IMG/VR virus record: IMGVR_UViG_3300030376_002587
Location: 1 to 49,480 of that record
Origin: a virus
Taxonomy: Duplodnaviria > Caudoviricetes
Direction: 5' to 3' (one strand)
Length of the DNA: 49,480 bases
Shown in pieces: positions 33,279 to 42,426 of the stretch; the first letter of the stretch is position 1, and each line of letters starts with the position of its first letter. Both the position numbers and the translations under genes were made by a program. Under the pieces are notes generated by a model, which saw nothing but the letters and a program-made list of their open reading frames with translations, was not told the DNA's origin and did not search any database.

Positions 33279-34519
33279 TGGCAAATACAATAACCCACAA
33301 GAGGTCAAGCACCTCTAGTGAAACACCGAGTGCAAGTGATTTATCTGCTGGTGAAATTGCATTAAATACAGCCGATGCAAAACTGTTCATTAAAAAATCT
33401 GATAATAGTATAGCTACATTTGTAAGTAGTGGAATGCCTACTACTGGTGGAACATTTACTGGTGATGTAACATTTACTGGTGATAACTATAATTTAGTAT
33501 GGGATAAGTCTGATAATGCTTTAGAGTTTGCCCAAGATTCTATATTAAAATTTGGAGATGATACTGAAATTGAAAATTTTTCAAATAATAATACAGTAAT
33601 TACTCAGCTTGATGGTCATTTTTCTATAACGAGTAAAGGAAGTCAAAAATCTGTATTTATTTATGGTGAAGATGGTACTTCATCTAATACGGTTGTTGCC
33701 TATCTCAAAGCTAATGGAGCAACTGGAGGAGTTGAGTTATTCAATTATGGCAATGAAAAATTTAGAACACAATCAACTGGAGTAAAAATTACTGGTGAAT
33801 TAGATTTTGGCAATCTTTCAAACAATGACCCTAGTTTAATTCGTCTTGGAAATGACGCAACTTCTTTTGGTTTTAATATTAAATACATGGGAAGTCGTAG
33901 TGGTGTAAACAATTCACTCTCTATTTTTACAGACAATCAACAAGGTGGTGAAGCATCTTTAGAAGCATTTACAATGCGACAAGATGGTCATGTTGGGATA
34001 CTTAACACTGACCCAACTCATGAATTAACTGTAACTGGTGATATTGAAGCTACTGATGACATTGTAGTTGGTGATGATTTATTTTTATTATCAGATGCTA
34101 GTAGAATACTTTTTGGTGTTAATAATGATGTAATTTTAACTCATGTTCATGACACTGGTTTGTTATTAAACAGTACAAGACAATTACAATTTGGTAATAG
34201 TGGCACATATATACATCAATCTGCTGATGGTGTTCTTGATTTAGTATCTGATACAGAAATAGAGATTAATGCTACTACCATAGATATGAACGGAAATCTT
34301 GATGTTTCTGGAACAATAACATCTGGTGGTGTTATAACTGGAACTGGTTTTACAATAGGTAATGCTGTAATTACAGAAGCAGAACTTGAAATTCTTGATG
34401 GTGCTTCACTTACTACGACAGAATTAAATTATGTTGATGGTGTTACATCAGCAATACAAACACAGTTAGATACAAAGGCAACAAAAGGATTTGCTACTGC
34501 TATGGCAATAGCCTTGTGA
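33278..34519 (+). CDS. Fibre/spike protein
   Basis: Paralogous N-terminus (HKRS...LSAGEIALN); ELNYVDGVTSAIQTQLD; ends AMAIAL. Confidence 0.75.
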   Translation: MANTITHKRSSTSSETPSASDLSAGEIALNTADAKLFIKKSDNSIATFVSSGMPTTGGTFTGDVTFTGDNYNLVWDKSDNALEFAQDSILKFGDDTEIENFSNNNTVITQLDGHFSITSKGSQKSVFIYGEDGTSSNTVVAYLKANGATGGVELFNYGNEKFRTQSTGVKITGELDFGNLSNNDPSLIRLGNDATSFGFNIKYMGSRSGVNNSLSIFTDNQQGGEASLEAFTMRQDGHVGILNTDPTHELTVTGDIEATDDIVVGDDLFLLSDASRILFGVNNDVILTHVHDTGLLLNSTRQLQFGNSGTYIHQSADGVLDLVSDTEIEINATTIDMNGNLDVSGTITSGGVITGTGFTIGNAVITEAELEILDGASLTTTELNYVDGVTSAIQTQLDTKATKGFATAMAIAL

Positions 34520-34532
34520 ATAGGAGAGTATT

Positions 34533-34847
34533 ATGGCACAAGATTTTGAAAGGAATGTTGGAACAAGTGCTTCTACTTTAAGAACAGCAAATTCAGATGA
34601 TGCTATTGTAGGAATAAATGTATCAAATACAACAACAAGTCAAATTACAATAGATGTATTTATCAATGATGGTTCAAATGATTTTTACATTGTTAAAGGT
34701 GCACCAATACCATCTGGGGGAGCAATCCAAGTTTTAGATGGTGGCGCTAAAATTGTTATGCAGAATAATGATGTTTTAAAAGTACAAAGTAGTACAAATA
34801 ATAGTGCAGATGTTTGGGTTTCTGTTGTTGACTCTATTAGTACATAG
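34533..34847 (+). CDS. Small beta-sandwich virion protein
   Basis: Typical partner gene following 'AMAIAL' fibres; SD GGAG. Confidence 0.65.
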   Translation: MAQDFERNVGTSASTLRTANSDDAIVGINVSNTTTSQITIDVFINDGSNDFYIVKGAPIPSGGAIQVLDGGAKIVMQNNDVLKVQSSTNNSADVWVSVVDSIST

Positions 34848-34855
34848 GAAAGAAT

Positions 34856-36319
34856 ATGCCGTATTTAGGAAATACACCATCAAGTAATTTTACTTCAGTT
34901 GCTAAAGATACATTTAGTGGAAATGGTAGTGCAACTGGATTTACATTATCTAAACCAGCAACGACAAATGGTGTAGCAGTTTATGTTGAGAACGTAAGAC
35001 AGATACCAACAACAGCATATTCAGTTAGTGGCACAACATTGACGTTTACTGGTACCCCTCCAAGTGGCACAAACAATATTTATGTTATGCACCACAATAC
35101 ACCAGTAAGCACAGCAACACATCCTTCTGCACAAAACCTTTTAGCAGTAGATGGTACATTTAGTGGGGATGTAAGTGTAGGAGATGATTTAACAGTAACA
35201 GACGATATTTTACTTAATTCAGATAGTGCTGTAATTAAATTTGGTGCTGATGCAGATGTAACACTTACTCACATTGCAGACACAGGGTTAAGGATAGCTA
35301 ACCCTACAGGTGCAGATTTAGACTTAACAACTAATTCTCAAGCTGGTTCATCTGGTTCGCCTTTAAATATGGATATAAATTTTAAAGGTTTTCAAAATAA
35401 TACAATGGCTATTATTCGTTCACATGATGAAAGTTCATCAACTGGTCATGGTGAGTTACAATTTCATATTACAAAACATGGCATTGGCACTACTGAAAAG
35501 GTTAAAATAGACCATGACGGCACTTTTTATATGGGCAGTATGAATAATGTTTTACAAGCTACTGGAAGAAATGGCGTAAATTTATTCCAAGATGGTTCAG
35601 TTTCAATGTCATCAACTGCACAACCTTTATATGTCAATAGAGATGGAAGTGATGGTAATTTAGTAAGATTTTTTCAAGATACTAACCTAGAGGGAAATAT
35701 AAATGTAAGTGGTAATACTGTTTTTTATAACGGATTTAGTGGTTCTCACTGGTCAAGACTAGCAGATAATTCAAAACCTACAATTCTAAAAGGCACAGTG
35801 GTTGAAACAATAGATGAAATGTGTGATTGGTATCAAGTTGAATATGAAGTTGGAGGAGAAACACATACAAGTTCAATTTCCTTGCCTAATGGTAAAAAAA
35901 TAGGAGATACTATTTCCTTTACTGTTCCTAATAATCTTGTATTGCATGACCAAGAAACAATAGGCAAAACATTTTCTGGAAAAATTGTAAAAGAAAAAGA
36001 TAATAAACACGTTAAATGTAAAATATCTGATACAACAGATAGCACAAGTGTATATGGTGTTTTTTCAGATTGGGATAATGATGATGACACAGTAAATGAT
36101 ATGTATGTTACTGCTCTTGGAACTCATGTTGTTAGAATACATAAAGACCAAACAGTTTCTAAAGGTGATTTACTATCTTCAAATGGAGATGGAACAGCTA
36201 AAGTACAAGATGATGATATAATTCGTAGTAAAACCATTGGCAAAGTTTTAACAAATATTAAACAAGAAACATATAATGATGGTTCTTATACAGTTCCGTG
36301 TTCATTGTATTGTGGTTAA
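34856..36319 (+). CDS. Fibre protein with probable C-terminal intramolecular chaperone (peptidase G2-like)
   Basis: MPYLGN N-terminus; C-terminal GSHW...VYGVF...GDLLSSNGDG...IGKV. Confidence 0.7.
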   Translation: MPYLGNTPSSNFTSVAKDTFSGNGSATGFTLSKPATTNGVAVYVENVRQIPTTAYSVSGTTLTFTGTPPSGTNNIYVMHHNTPVSTATHPSAQNLLAVDGTFSGDVSVGDDLTVTDDILLNSDSAVIKFGADADVTLTHIADTGLRIANPTGADLDLTTNSQAGSSGSPLNMDINFKGFQNNTMAIIRSHDESSSTGHGELQFHITKHGIGTTEKVKIDHDGTFYMGSMNNVLQATGRNGVNLFQDGSVSMSSTAQPLYVNRDGSDGNLVRFFQDTNLEGNINVSGNTVFYNGFSGSHWSRLADNSKPTILKGTVVETIDEMCDWYQVEYEVGGETHTSSISLPNGKKIGDTISFTVPNNLVLHDQETIGKTFSGKIVKEKDNKHVKCKISDTTDSTSVYGVFSDWDNDDDTVNDMYVTALGTHVVRIHKDQTVSKGDLLSSNGDGTAKVQDDDIIRSKTIGKVLTNIKQETYNDGSYTVPCSLYCG

Positions 36320-36333
36320 GGAGAAATAAATAA

Positions 36334-37482
36334 ATGCCATACATAGGTAAATCACCACATTTTGGAGTAAGAAATAGATTTGTATATCTTGCAAGTGCAG
36401 ATGATTCATCTGTAAGTGGCGCAGATGTCAATGGAGCAACTCTTACATTTACAGATGGTGCATATGTTGATGTATATCTTAATGGTGTTCTTTTAAAACC
36501 AACTACGGATTATAACACAAATACTGCTAATACAATAGCTGGTCTTTCAGCAATGTCAGCAAATGATGAAATAACTGTAATTGTGTTTGATGTGTTTTCA
36601 GTAAGCGATACAGTAAGTGCTACAAGTGGTGGTACGTTTAGTGGTGCTGTAACTGCAAACAGCACATTAGATATGAATGGTACAGAATTAATATTAGATG
36701 CTGATGGAGATACATCTATTACTGCCGACACAGATGACCAAATAGATTTTAAAGTAAATAACATTGATAGTTTTCTTGTAGGTCAAGACTATGTAGAAGT
36801 TAAGGGTGTTCATCCAGACCTTTATATAATTGATACTGATGATGGTTCTAATAATCAAGCTGGATTATTTTATAATAATGGAGTTTTATCTATAAGTGCA
36901 GACCACTCTAATGTTGCAAATAATAGTGCAATGGTATTTTTTACTGATGGTACTGAAAGAGCAAGATTTAATACTGCTGGTAATTTAGCTTTTGCAAATG
37001 GCAAAGGAATAGATTTTAGTGCTACTGCTGATGGTTCTTCAGCAAGTTTTAGTGAACTGTTTGACGATTATGAAGAGGGAGTTTTTGGAACAAGTGTTAC
37101 AACTGAAACAAGTGGAACAATCACACTTAATGGCAGTTATAACAATATGAGATACACAAAGGTTGGTAGATTAGTCACAGTAAATGCTGATATAAGAATA
37201 TCTTCTGTTTCATCTCCAGTTGGTGGATTGAAAATAGCTATACCTTATGCAACTCAAAATACTGGACATTCAAGTTCTGCAAGTGTTGTTGGTTCTTGCA
37301 TAACACATGGTCTTACTAAACAAACTGACCAAGTAGGAAGATTTGTTGTCATTGCTGGAAGCAATCAAACCTTTTTAAATTTTATGTACGAAACAACTAC
37401 AACAAGATTAGGAGCCCAAGCTCAAAATTTAGGTTTAGGTGCAAATGATGAAATTGTTTTTACTATAACATATACAACATAA
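36334..37482 (+). CDS. Fibre protein
   Basis: MPYIGK, DVYLNGVLL, GIDFSA...DDYEEG, YTKVGRLV. Confidence 0.75.
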   Translation: MPYIGKSPHFGVRNRFVYLASADDSSVSGADVNGATLTFTDGAYVDVYLNGVLLKPTTDYNTNTANTIAGLSAMSANDEITVIVFDVFSVSDTVSATSGGTFSGAVTANSTLDMNGTELILDADGDTSITADTDDQIDFKVNNIDSFLVGQDYVEVKGVHPDLYIIDTDDGSNNQAGLFYNNGVLSISADHSNVANNSAMVFFTDGTERARFNTAGNLAFANGKGIDFSATADGSSASFSELFDDYEEGVFGTSVTTETSGTITLNGSYNNMRYTKVGRLVTVNADIRISSVSSPVGGLKIAIPYATQNTGHSSSASVVGSCITHGLTKQTDQVGRFVVIAGSNQTFLNFMYETTTTRLGAQAQNLGLGANDEIVFTITYTT

Positions 37483-37491
37483 GGAAAAGAA

Positions 37492-37809
37492 ATGGCACAA
37501 GGTGATTTAACAAAAGTAAATGAATACGATAAAATAGAAATCGTAAATCAATGGAATGTACAAGCAAGAAAAGTTATAAAAGTAATGGAAGAACAAGCTG
37601 ACGGAAGTAAAAAAGAAATAAGCCGTTCCCATGAAAGATTTTTATATTTACCATTTGTTTCTAAAGTAAGTAATGATGGTAAGACATGGACACATACAGC
37701 AACTGACATGAGTTCAGTAGATGCAAAGGTAAAAGCTATTGCTGAAAGTGCATGGACAGATGATGTAAAAACTGCATACAAAACATTTACAGAAAGTCAG
37801 AGTATATGA
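37492..37809 (+). CDS. Putative fibre-associated protein (paralog of 38838)
   Basis: EYDKIEI...MEEQADGSKKE shared with 38838. Confidence 0.7.
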   Translation: MAQGDLTKVNEYDKIEIVNQWNVQARKVIKVMEEQADGSKKEISRSHERFLYLPFVSKVSNDGKTWTHTATDMSSVDAKVKAIAESAWTDDVKTAYKTFTESQSI

Positions 37810-38315
37810 GTAGAGCAAGAGATTTAGCTGATAGACATACTAGAATGGTTGTTTGTTCTTCTAGTAATGTAGCAAATGGTGGGTTTGCCGCCGCCCAATT
37901 TGAAGCTGTCCCTTTTGCTACGGATGTAATAGATAGTAATAGTGCTTTTGTTGGTGAAGCATCTACCAATACAAACAATGGTGGTATTTTTACAGTTCCT
38001 GTAGATGGAACATACTTCATAGCAGTAAATCAATCAGTTACTTGCACAACTAATAATAGATTAACACAAGCACGATTAAGATTAATGTTAAATACTACAG
38101 GCGATATTCCTAATGATGGTGGTTCTGAAATACAAGGAACAGATGTAGGAACTCTTGTTCCAGACAACAGTTTAGCAACTGAGTTTAATTGTTATACACA
38201 ATGCCTTCAAACTTTTTCTGCTGGAAATAAAATATATGTAGAATGTTTAGGTAATGTTGGTGCAGGCCAAGTAAGAGCTGGTGATGGTAATTTTATAGCT
38301 ATTCAAGTAAATTAG
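37806..38315 (+). CDS. C1q/TNF-like jelly-roll virion protein
   Basis: MSRARD N-terminus; GIFTVPVDGTYF. Confidence 0.65.
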   Translation: MSRARDLADRHTRMVVCSSSNVANGGFAAAQFEAVPFATDVIDSNSAFVGEASTNTNNGGIFTVPVDGTYFIAVNQSVTCTTNNRLTQARLRLMLNTTGDIPNDGGSEIQGTDVGTLVPDNSLATEFNCYTQCLQTFSAGNKIYVECLGNVGAGQVRAGDGNFIAIQVN

Positions 38316-38325
38316 AGGATAAATT

Positions 38326-38826
38326 ATGGCAATATCAAAGATAGGAAGTAATTCTACAGCATTTGCAGATGGATTAACTATATCTGATGGTAATATAACA
38401 ATAGCTAATAGTCATGGAATAGATTTTAGTTCTGCAAGTGGTTCAGCAAGTGGTTCTGTATCTGCATTATTAGATGACTATGAAGAAGGAACTTGGACAG
38501 CATCAACACCAGATTTTAGTGGAAGCATGACTTTTAGTAATGCTGTTTATGTAAAAATCGGACAAATGGTATATTTTACTCTTCACATGACAGGTAAAAG
38601 TAATACATCTGATAGTTCACAAATAGCAATTCATGGATTTCCTTTTCAAGTTTTAGGAGAGCACCCAGCTAGTGTAGGCATGAACGATAATGAATTTGGT
38701 CATGCAATGGTAAATACAGCAGAAATAATGTATTTTTATAATTTAACTGGAGGACCCTTTACTTACGATATGTTCCCACATACAAGTGGATATGCAAGAA
38801 TACAAGGTGCATATAGAATAGCTTAA
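38326..38826 (+). CDS. Short fibre protein (paralog of the 36334 C-terminal half)
   Basis: GIDFS...LDDYEEGTW...YVKIGQMV. Confidence 0.7.
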   Translation: MAISKIGSNSTAFADGLTISDGNITIANSHGIDFSSASGSASGSVSALLDDYEEGTWTASTPDFSGSMTFSNAVYVKIGQMVYFTLHMTGKSNTSDSSQIAIHGFPFQVLGEHPASVGMNDNEFGHAMVNTAEIMYFYNLTGGPFTYDMFPHTSGYARIQGAYRIA

Positions 38827-38837
38827 AGGAGAAAAAT

Positions 38838-39167
38838 ATGGCACAAGGTAATATAATTAAAGAAATAGAATATGATAAAATAGAAATAATTAATACTTGG
38901 GCAATACAAGTTCGTAAAGCAACAAAGATTATGGAAGAACAAGCAGACGGTTCTAAAAAAGAATTAACTCGTACGTTTCATCGTCATGTAGTAACTCCAT
39001 TTAAATCAGTTGCTAATATAGATAGTAATGGAAAAGTTACAGGATGGACACACACAGACACAGATATAAGTGGTGAAGATACGACTGTACAAGCAATAGC
39101 AAATACAATTTGGACTGATGCAATTAAAACTAATTATAAAGCATATAGAGAAAGTCAAAATTCATAG
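38838..39167 (+). CDS. Putative fibre-associated protein (paralog of 37492)
   Basis: Shared motifs with 37492. Confidence 0.7.
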   Translation: MAQGNIIKEIEYDKIEIINTWAIQVRKATKIMEEQADGSKKELTRTFHRHVVTPFKSVANIDSNGKVTGWTHTDTDISGEDTTVQAIANTIWTDAIKTNYKAYRESQNS

Positions 39168-39177
39168 GGAGTAAAAA

Positions 39178-39393
39178 ATGGAAAATCAAAAGATAGACCC
39201 ACAAGTTCATCAAGCAATTGTACAAGAAATAATTGAACAAAGAGATAGAGCCATGCATGATGGAATACAAAAAGGCGCAGATTTAAGACTGGCTTCAGCA
39301 AAAATAAAAGAATTACAAGAAAAACTAGAAAAATTACAAAAAAATGATAATTTTAATGTAGCTGAAATTGGAGATACAAAAAGGAAAAAATAA
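39178..39393 (+). CDS. Coiled-coil hypothetical protein
   Basis: SD GGAG; heptad pattern. Confidence 0.6.
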   Translation: MENQKIDPQVHQAIVQEIIEQRDRAMHDGIQKGADLRLASAKIKELQEKLEKLQKNDNFNVAEIGDTKRKK

Positions 39394-40055
39394 TGGCTGG
39401 TATAAGTGTTGTTACAGAAGCAGTTGATGATGCAGTTTCATTTAGTGAAACAGTAGAATATTTAAGATTAGATGAGCAAGTTGATACAAGAGTAATCAAA
39501 AATCTTATTCTAGCATCAACAAATTTTGTAGAAAACTACACAGGAAGAGCATTAGTTAACAGAACATTGAAATTGTCAATTGATAACATGGATGAGGTCG
39601 ATACACCCCTCTGGGAGGGCACTAGAATAGGACCAGACATGACATTAAGAAAAAATTATATAGAACTACCTAAATCTCCAGTTTCTTCTGTTACAAGTGT
39701 TCAAAGTTTTGATGATAGTGATAATGCTACAACATTTGCAACATCAAAATATTATGTTGATAGTGTAAGAGAACCAGCAAGAATTGTGTTGAGGACAGGA
39801 GAGACATTTCCAAATGCTTTAAGAGTAGCTAATGCAATAGAAATAACTTATGTTGCTGGATATGGAGCAACAGGAGCAAGTGTACCAGAAGCATTACGAT
39901 TAGCTATGTTGCAATATATTACATTTAATTATGAACACAGGGGAGAGTTAGAAAGTGGTAATCCAAGACTTCCTCAATCATTAAAGATGTTGATGAACCC
40001 TTATAGATTAGTTACATTTTCAACATATCCATTTGGTCCTAATACTGGAAGATAA
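39393..40055 (+). CDS. Head-tail connector (gp6/phiE125 gp8-like)
   Basis: YLRLD, ENYTGRAL, ITYVAGYG, VPEALR, YEHR. Confidence 0.88.
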   Translation: MAGISVVTEAVDDAVSFSETVEYLRLDEQVDTRVIKNLILASTNFVENYTGRALVNRTLKLSIDNMDEVDTPLWEGTRIGPDMTLRKNYIELPKSPVSSVTSVQSFDDSDNATTFATSKYYVDSVREPARIVLRTGETFPNALRVANAIEITYVAGYGATGASVPEALRLAMLQYITFNYEHRGELESGNPRLPQSLKMLMNPYRLVTFSTYPFGPNTGR

Positions 40056-40057
40056 CT

Positions 40058-40396
40058 ATGTCAATTGGCAAGATGAATAGAAAATTGCATTTTCAGACAC
40101 AAACAAGGACATCTGATGGTGCTGGGTCATCTGCTGTTAGTTATTCTGATAGTTTTTCTACATTTGGAATGATTACACCAAAAACAGGTCGTGAAAATCT
40201 ATTTGGCGACCAATTAGAAGAAAACATTACACACATAATAAAAATTAGATATAGAACTGATGTAAGCCACAAAAACAGGATACAATTCAGACCAGATAGC
40301 AATACAACAAGGACATTCAACATAAAAAGAGTTTTAAATGTCAATGATAGAAATAGATATTTAGACTTACAATGTGTTGAAGGAGTTGCTACATGA
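40058..40396 (+). CDS. Head closure/head-tail adaptor (SPP1 gp16-like)
   Basis: IGKMNR, DGAG, IRYR, FNI; synteny. Confidence 0.85.
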   Translation: MSIGKMNRKLHFQTQTRTSDGAGSSAVSYSDSFSTFGMITPKTGRENLFGDQLEENITHIIKIRYRTDVSHKNRIQFRPDSNTTRTFNIKRVLNVNDRNRYLDLQCVEGVAT

Positions 40397-40809
40397 CCAA
40401 AATTTCTGCAAAAGTTATAAGAAAAAGACCAAGATATAATGAATATCAAAGAAGAATGACAAAATTTTTAAAAGATAACATTAATACATCTTTAAACATG
40501 GTAAGAAATACAGTTGTTACTGGAATTTCACAAGGACCAGCAACTGGAGCATCAAGAGGAGATGGTTCAAGAGCATCAAAAGAGGGCGAATATCCAATGA
40601 CAGATACTGGATTTCTTGTACAAAATATCAATATAAGTGTTGACAATGATGGATTAGGTGGTTCTGTAGGAAGTAATGCAAATTATTCTGAAGCATTAGA
40701 GTTTGGAACATCAAAAATGGGGGCAAGACCATTTATGCAACCATCATTAGAAGAAAACAGACCGAAGATTAAAAGATTATTTAGGACAGGAAATCGTGGC
40801 ATTACATAG
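40393..40809 (+). CDS. HK97 gp10-like tail completion protein
   Basis: DTG.L, LEFGTSKM.ARPFMQP. Confidence 0.88.
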   Translation: MTKISAKVIRKRPRYNEYQRRMTKFLKDNINTSLNMVRNTVVTGISQGPATGASRGDGSRASKEGEYPMTDTGFLVQNINISVDNDGLGGSVGSNANYSEALEFGTSKMGARPFMQPSLEENRPKIKRLFRTGNRGIT

Positions 40810-41206
40810 TGTAAATTTACAAACTTCAATATTTTCGACCTTAACTGGAGGAACATTAACAGATATTTCTGGCACAAGCATAACAAGTAAAGTTTTTGAT
40901 GATGTACCAGAGGGAACTGCATATCCTTATGTTGTCATAGGAGAAGAAACAGCAATTCCTGTAGGGGCAAAAGATACTGATGGTCATGAACATACATTGA
41001 CATTTCATGTTTGGTCTCAATATAGAGGTAGAAAAGAAATTAAACAAATTATGCAACAAATCTATACATTATTACATAATGTTGCTATAAGTATTACAGG
41101 AGCGACTCTAGTAAATATCAGACATGAGTTTGAGAGAACTTTATTAGAGTCAGATGGAATAACACGACACGGTGTCATAAGATTTCGTGCTGTAGTTTTT
41201 GATTAA
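40796..41206 (+). CDS. Tail terminator (DUF3168)
   Basis: VFDDVP..AYPYV.IG, HVWS, HGVIRFR. Confidence 0.88.
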   Translation: MALHSVNLQTSIFSTLTGGTLTDISGTSITSKVFDDVPEGTAYPYVVIGEETAIPVGAKDTDGHEHTLTFHVWSQYRGRKEIKQIMQQIYTLLHNVAISITGATLVNIRHEFERTLLESDGITRHGVIRFRAVVFD

Positions 41207-41221
41207 CAAAGGAGAGAAAAA

Positions 41222-41626
41222 ATGGCGGCACAAAGAGGTGGAGCTTTATTATTAAAAGTAGATATAAGTGGAACAATGACAACCATTGGTGGTCTTAGGT
41301 CTACATCAATAACATTAAATGACGAAGCAGTAGATATTACTAATAAGGATAATGGTCAAACAAGAACATTATTGCCACAAGGTGGAACTGCATCATTATC
41401 AGTTTCTGGTTCTGGAGTTTTTACAGATAGCACTGCTGAACAAACAATAAGAACAGCTTGGAATGCGTCAACATTTAAAAGCTATAACATTATAATTCCA
41501 GATTTAGGAACTTATTCTGGTTCATTTATGATTGCAAGTCTTGAATATTCTGGTGAATATAATGGAGAAGTTACTTATTCAATAACATTAGAGTCAAGTG
41601 GTAGTATTTCATTTAGCGCTGCTTAA
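41222..41626 (+). CDS. Major tail tube protein (TP901-1/GTA-like)
   Basis: MAAQRG..LLLK, GGLRST, VDITNKD, YSITLESSG. Confidence 0.9.
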   Translation: MAAQRGGALLLKVDISGTMTTIGGLRSTSITLNDEAVDITNKDNGQTRTLLPQGGTASLSVSGSGVFTDSTAEQTIRTAWNASTFKSYNIIIPDLGTYSGSFMIASLEYSGEYNGEVTYSITLESSGSISFSAA

Positions 41627-41645
41627 ATTTTAACTAGGAGATAAT

Positions 41646-41882
41646 ATGGCTTGGAAAGAGACAATCATTGAATTGAAAAGTGGTAAAATAGAGGGAATGA
41701 AAAATAACTCAATCCCTTTATTTAATATGCCAATAAAAACCAAAATTAAATCTGGAGATACATTTTCTTGTGAAAATATATCTTATTCTGTAACTAGCAT
41801 TGAAAATTCCAGAGATGAATTTCTTGAAGTTATGGCAATCGAGAATGATGTTAAAGAGGAGAAACCAAAAGAGGAGGCATAG
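41646..41882 (+). CDS. Hypothetical protein
   Basis: SD GGAG. Confidence 0.6.
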   Translation: MAWKETIIELKSGKIEGMKNNSIPLFNMPIKTKIKSGDTFSCENISYSVTSIENSRDEFLEVMAIENDVKEEKPKEEA

Positions 41883-41884
41883 AT

Positions 41885-42232
41885 ATGTCAGATACAAACC
41901 CCAAAAGGGGTGAAATTTCTATTACATTAGGAGATAAAACATTCAAAGGTCGTGTTACATTGGATGCTATGATGAGAATAGAAACTTCTTTGCAACTAGG
42001 AATTGTAAAAATTGCACAAAGATTATCAGATGGAGACATGACACTTTCAGAATTAGGAAGTGTTTTAACTCCAGTTATCAGAGGTGGTAACAATGATGTA
42101 ACTGAACAAGAAATTATGAAACTTGTTTGGCAATCTGGAATGATGGAAGGCATGAGAATTGTAGGAGAGATAATAGGTTTAGCATTGAACCCAGATAAAG
42201 AAAAAAAGGAACAAGCTCTGGCAGAAAACTAG
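41885..42232 (+). CDS. Tail assembly chaperone (G; GTA-gp10-like)
   Basis: NPKRGE...TLDA...IE; synteny. Confidence 0.8.
   Translation: MSDTNPKRGEISITLGDKTFKGRVTLDAMMRIETSLQLGIVKIAQRLSDGDMTLSELGSVLTPVIRGGNNDVTEQEIMKLVWQSGMMEGMRIVGEIIGLALNPDKEKKEQALAEN
42202..42208 (+). other. Programmed -1 ribosomal frameshift site (A AAA AAG)
   Basis: In-phase slippery heptamer; the -1 frame is open into the next ORF. Confidence 0.75.
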
Positions 42233-42237
42233 AAGGG

Positions 42238-42426
42238 TTGCCTTGGGCAGAGTTTATGAATTTAGGTTTGGGTGCCATGAGAATGACACCAGAAGAATTT
42301 TGGAATTGTAGTTTTGAAGAATTTTATAGTGCAATAGATGGATTTAGAACTTTTAATGGCGCAGATAGAGATAAACCTATGACAAAAGATGAATTAGATG
42401 AATTAATGGAGTTACACCCAGATTAA
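42238..42426 (+). CDS. Tail assembly chaperone T portion (GT fusion)
   Basis: MTPEEFW...E; PMTKDELDELMELHPD. Confidence 0.8.
   Translation: MPWAEFMNLGLGAMRMTPEEFWNCSFEEFYSAIDGFRTFNGADRDKPMTKDELDELMELHPD

Noticed and set aside
32160-39167. Diversity-generating retroelement acting on fibres
   Set aside because: No reverse transcriptase and no near-identical repeat pair differing only at adenines.
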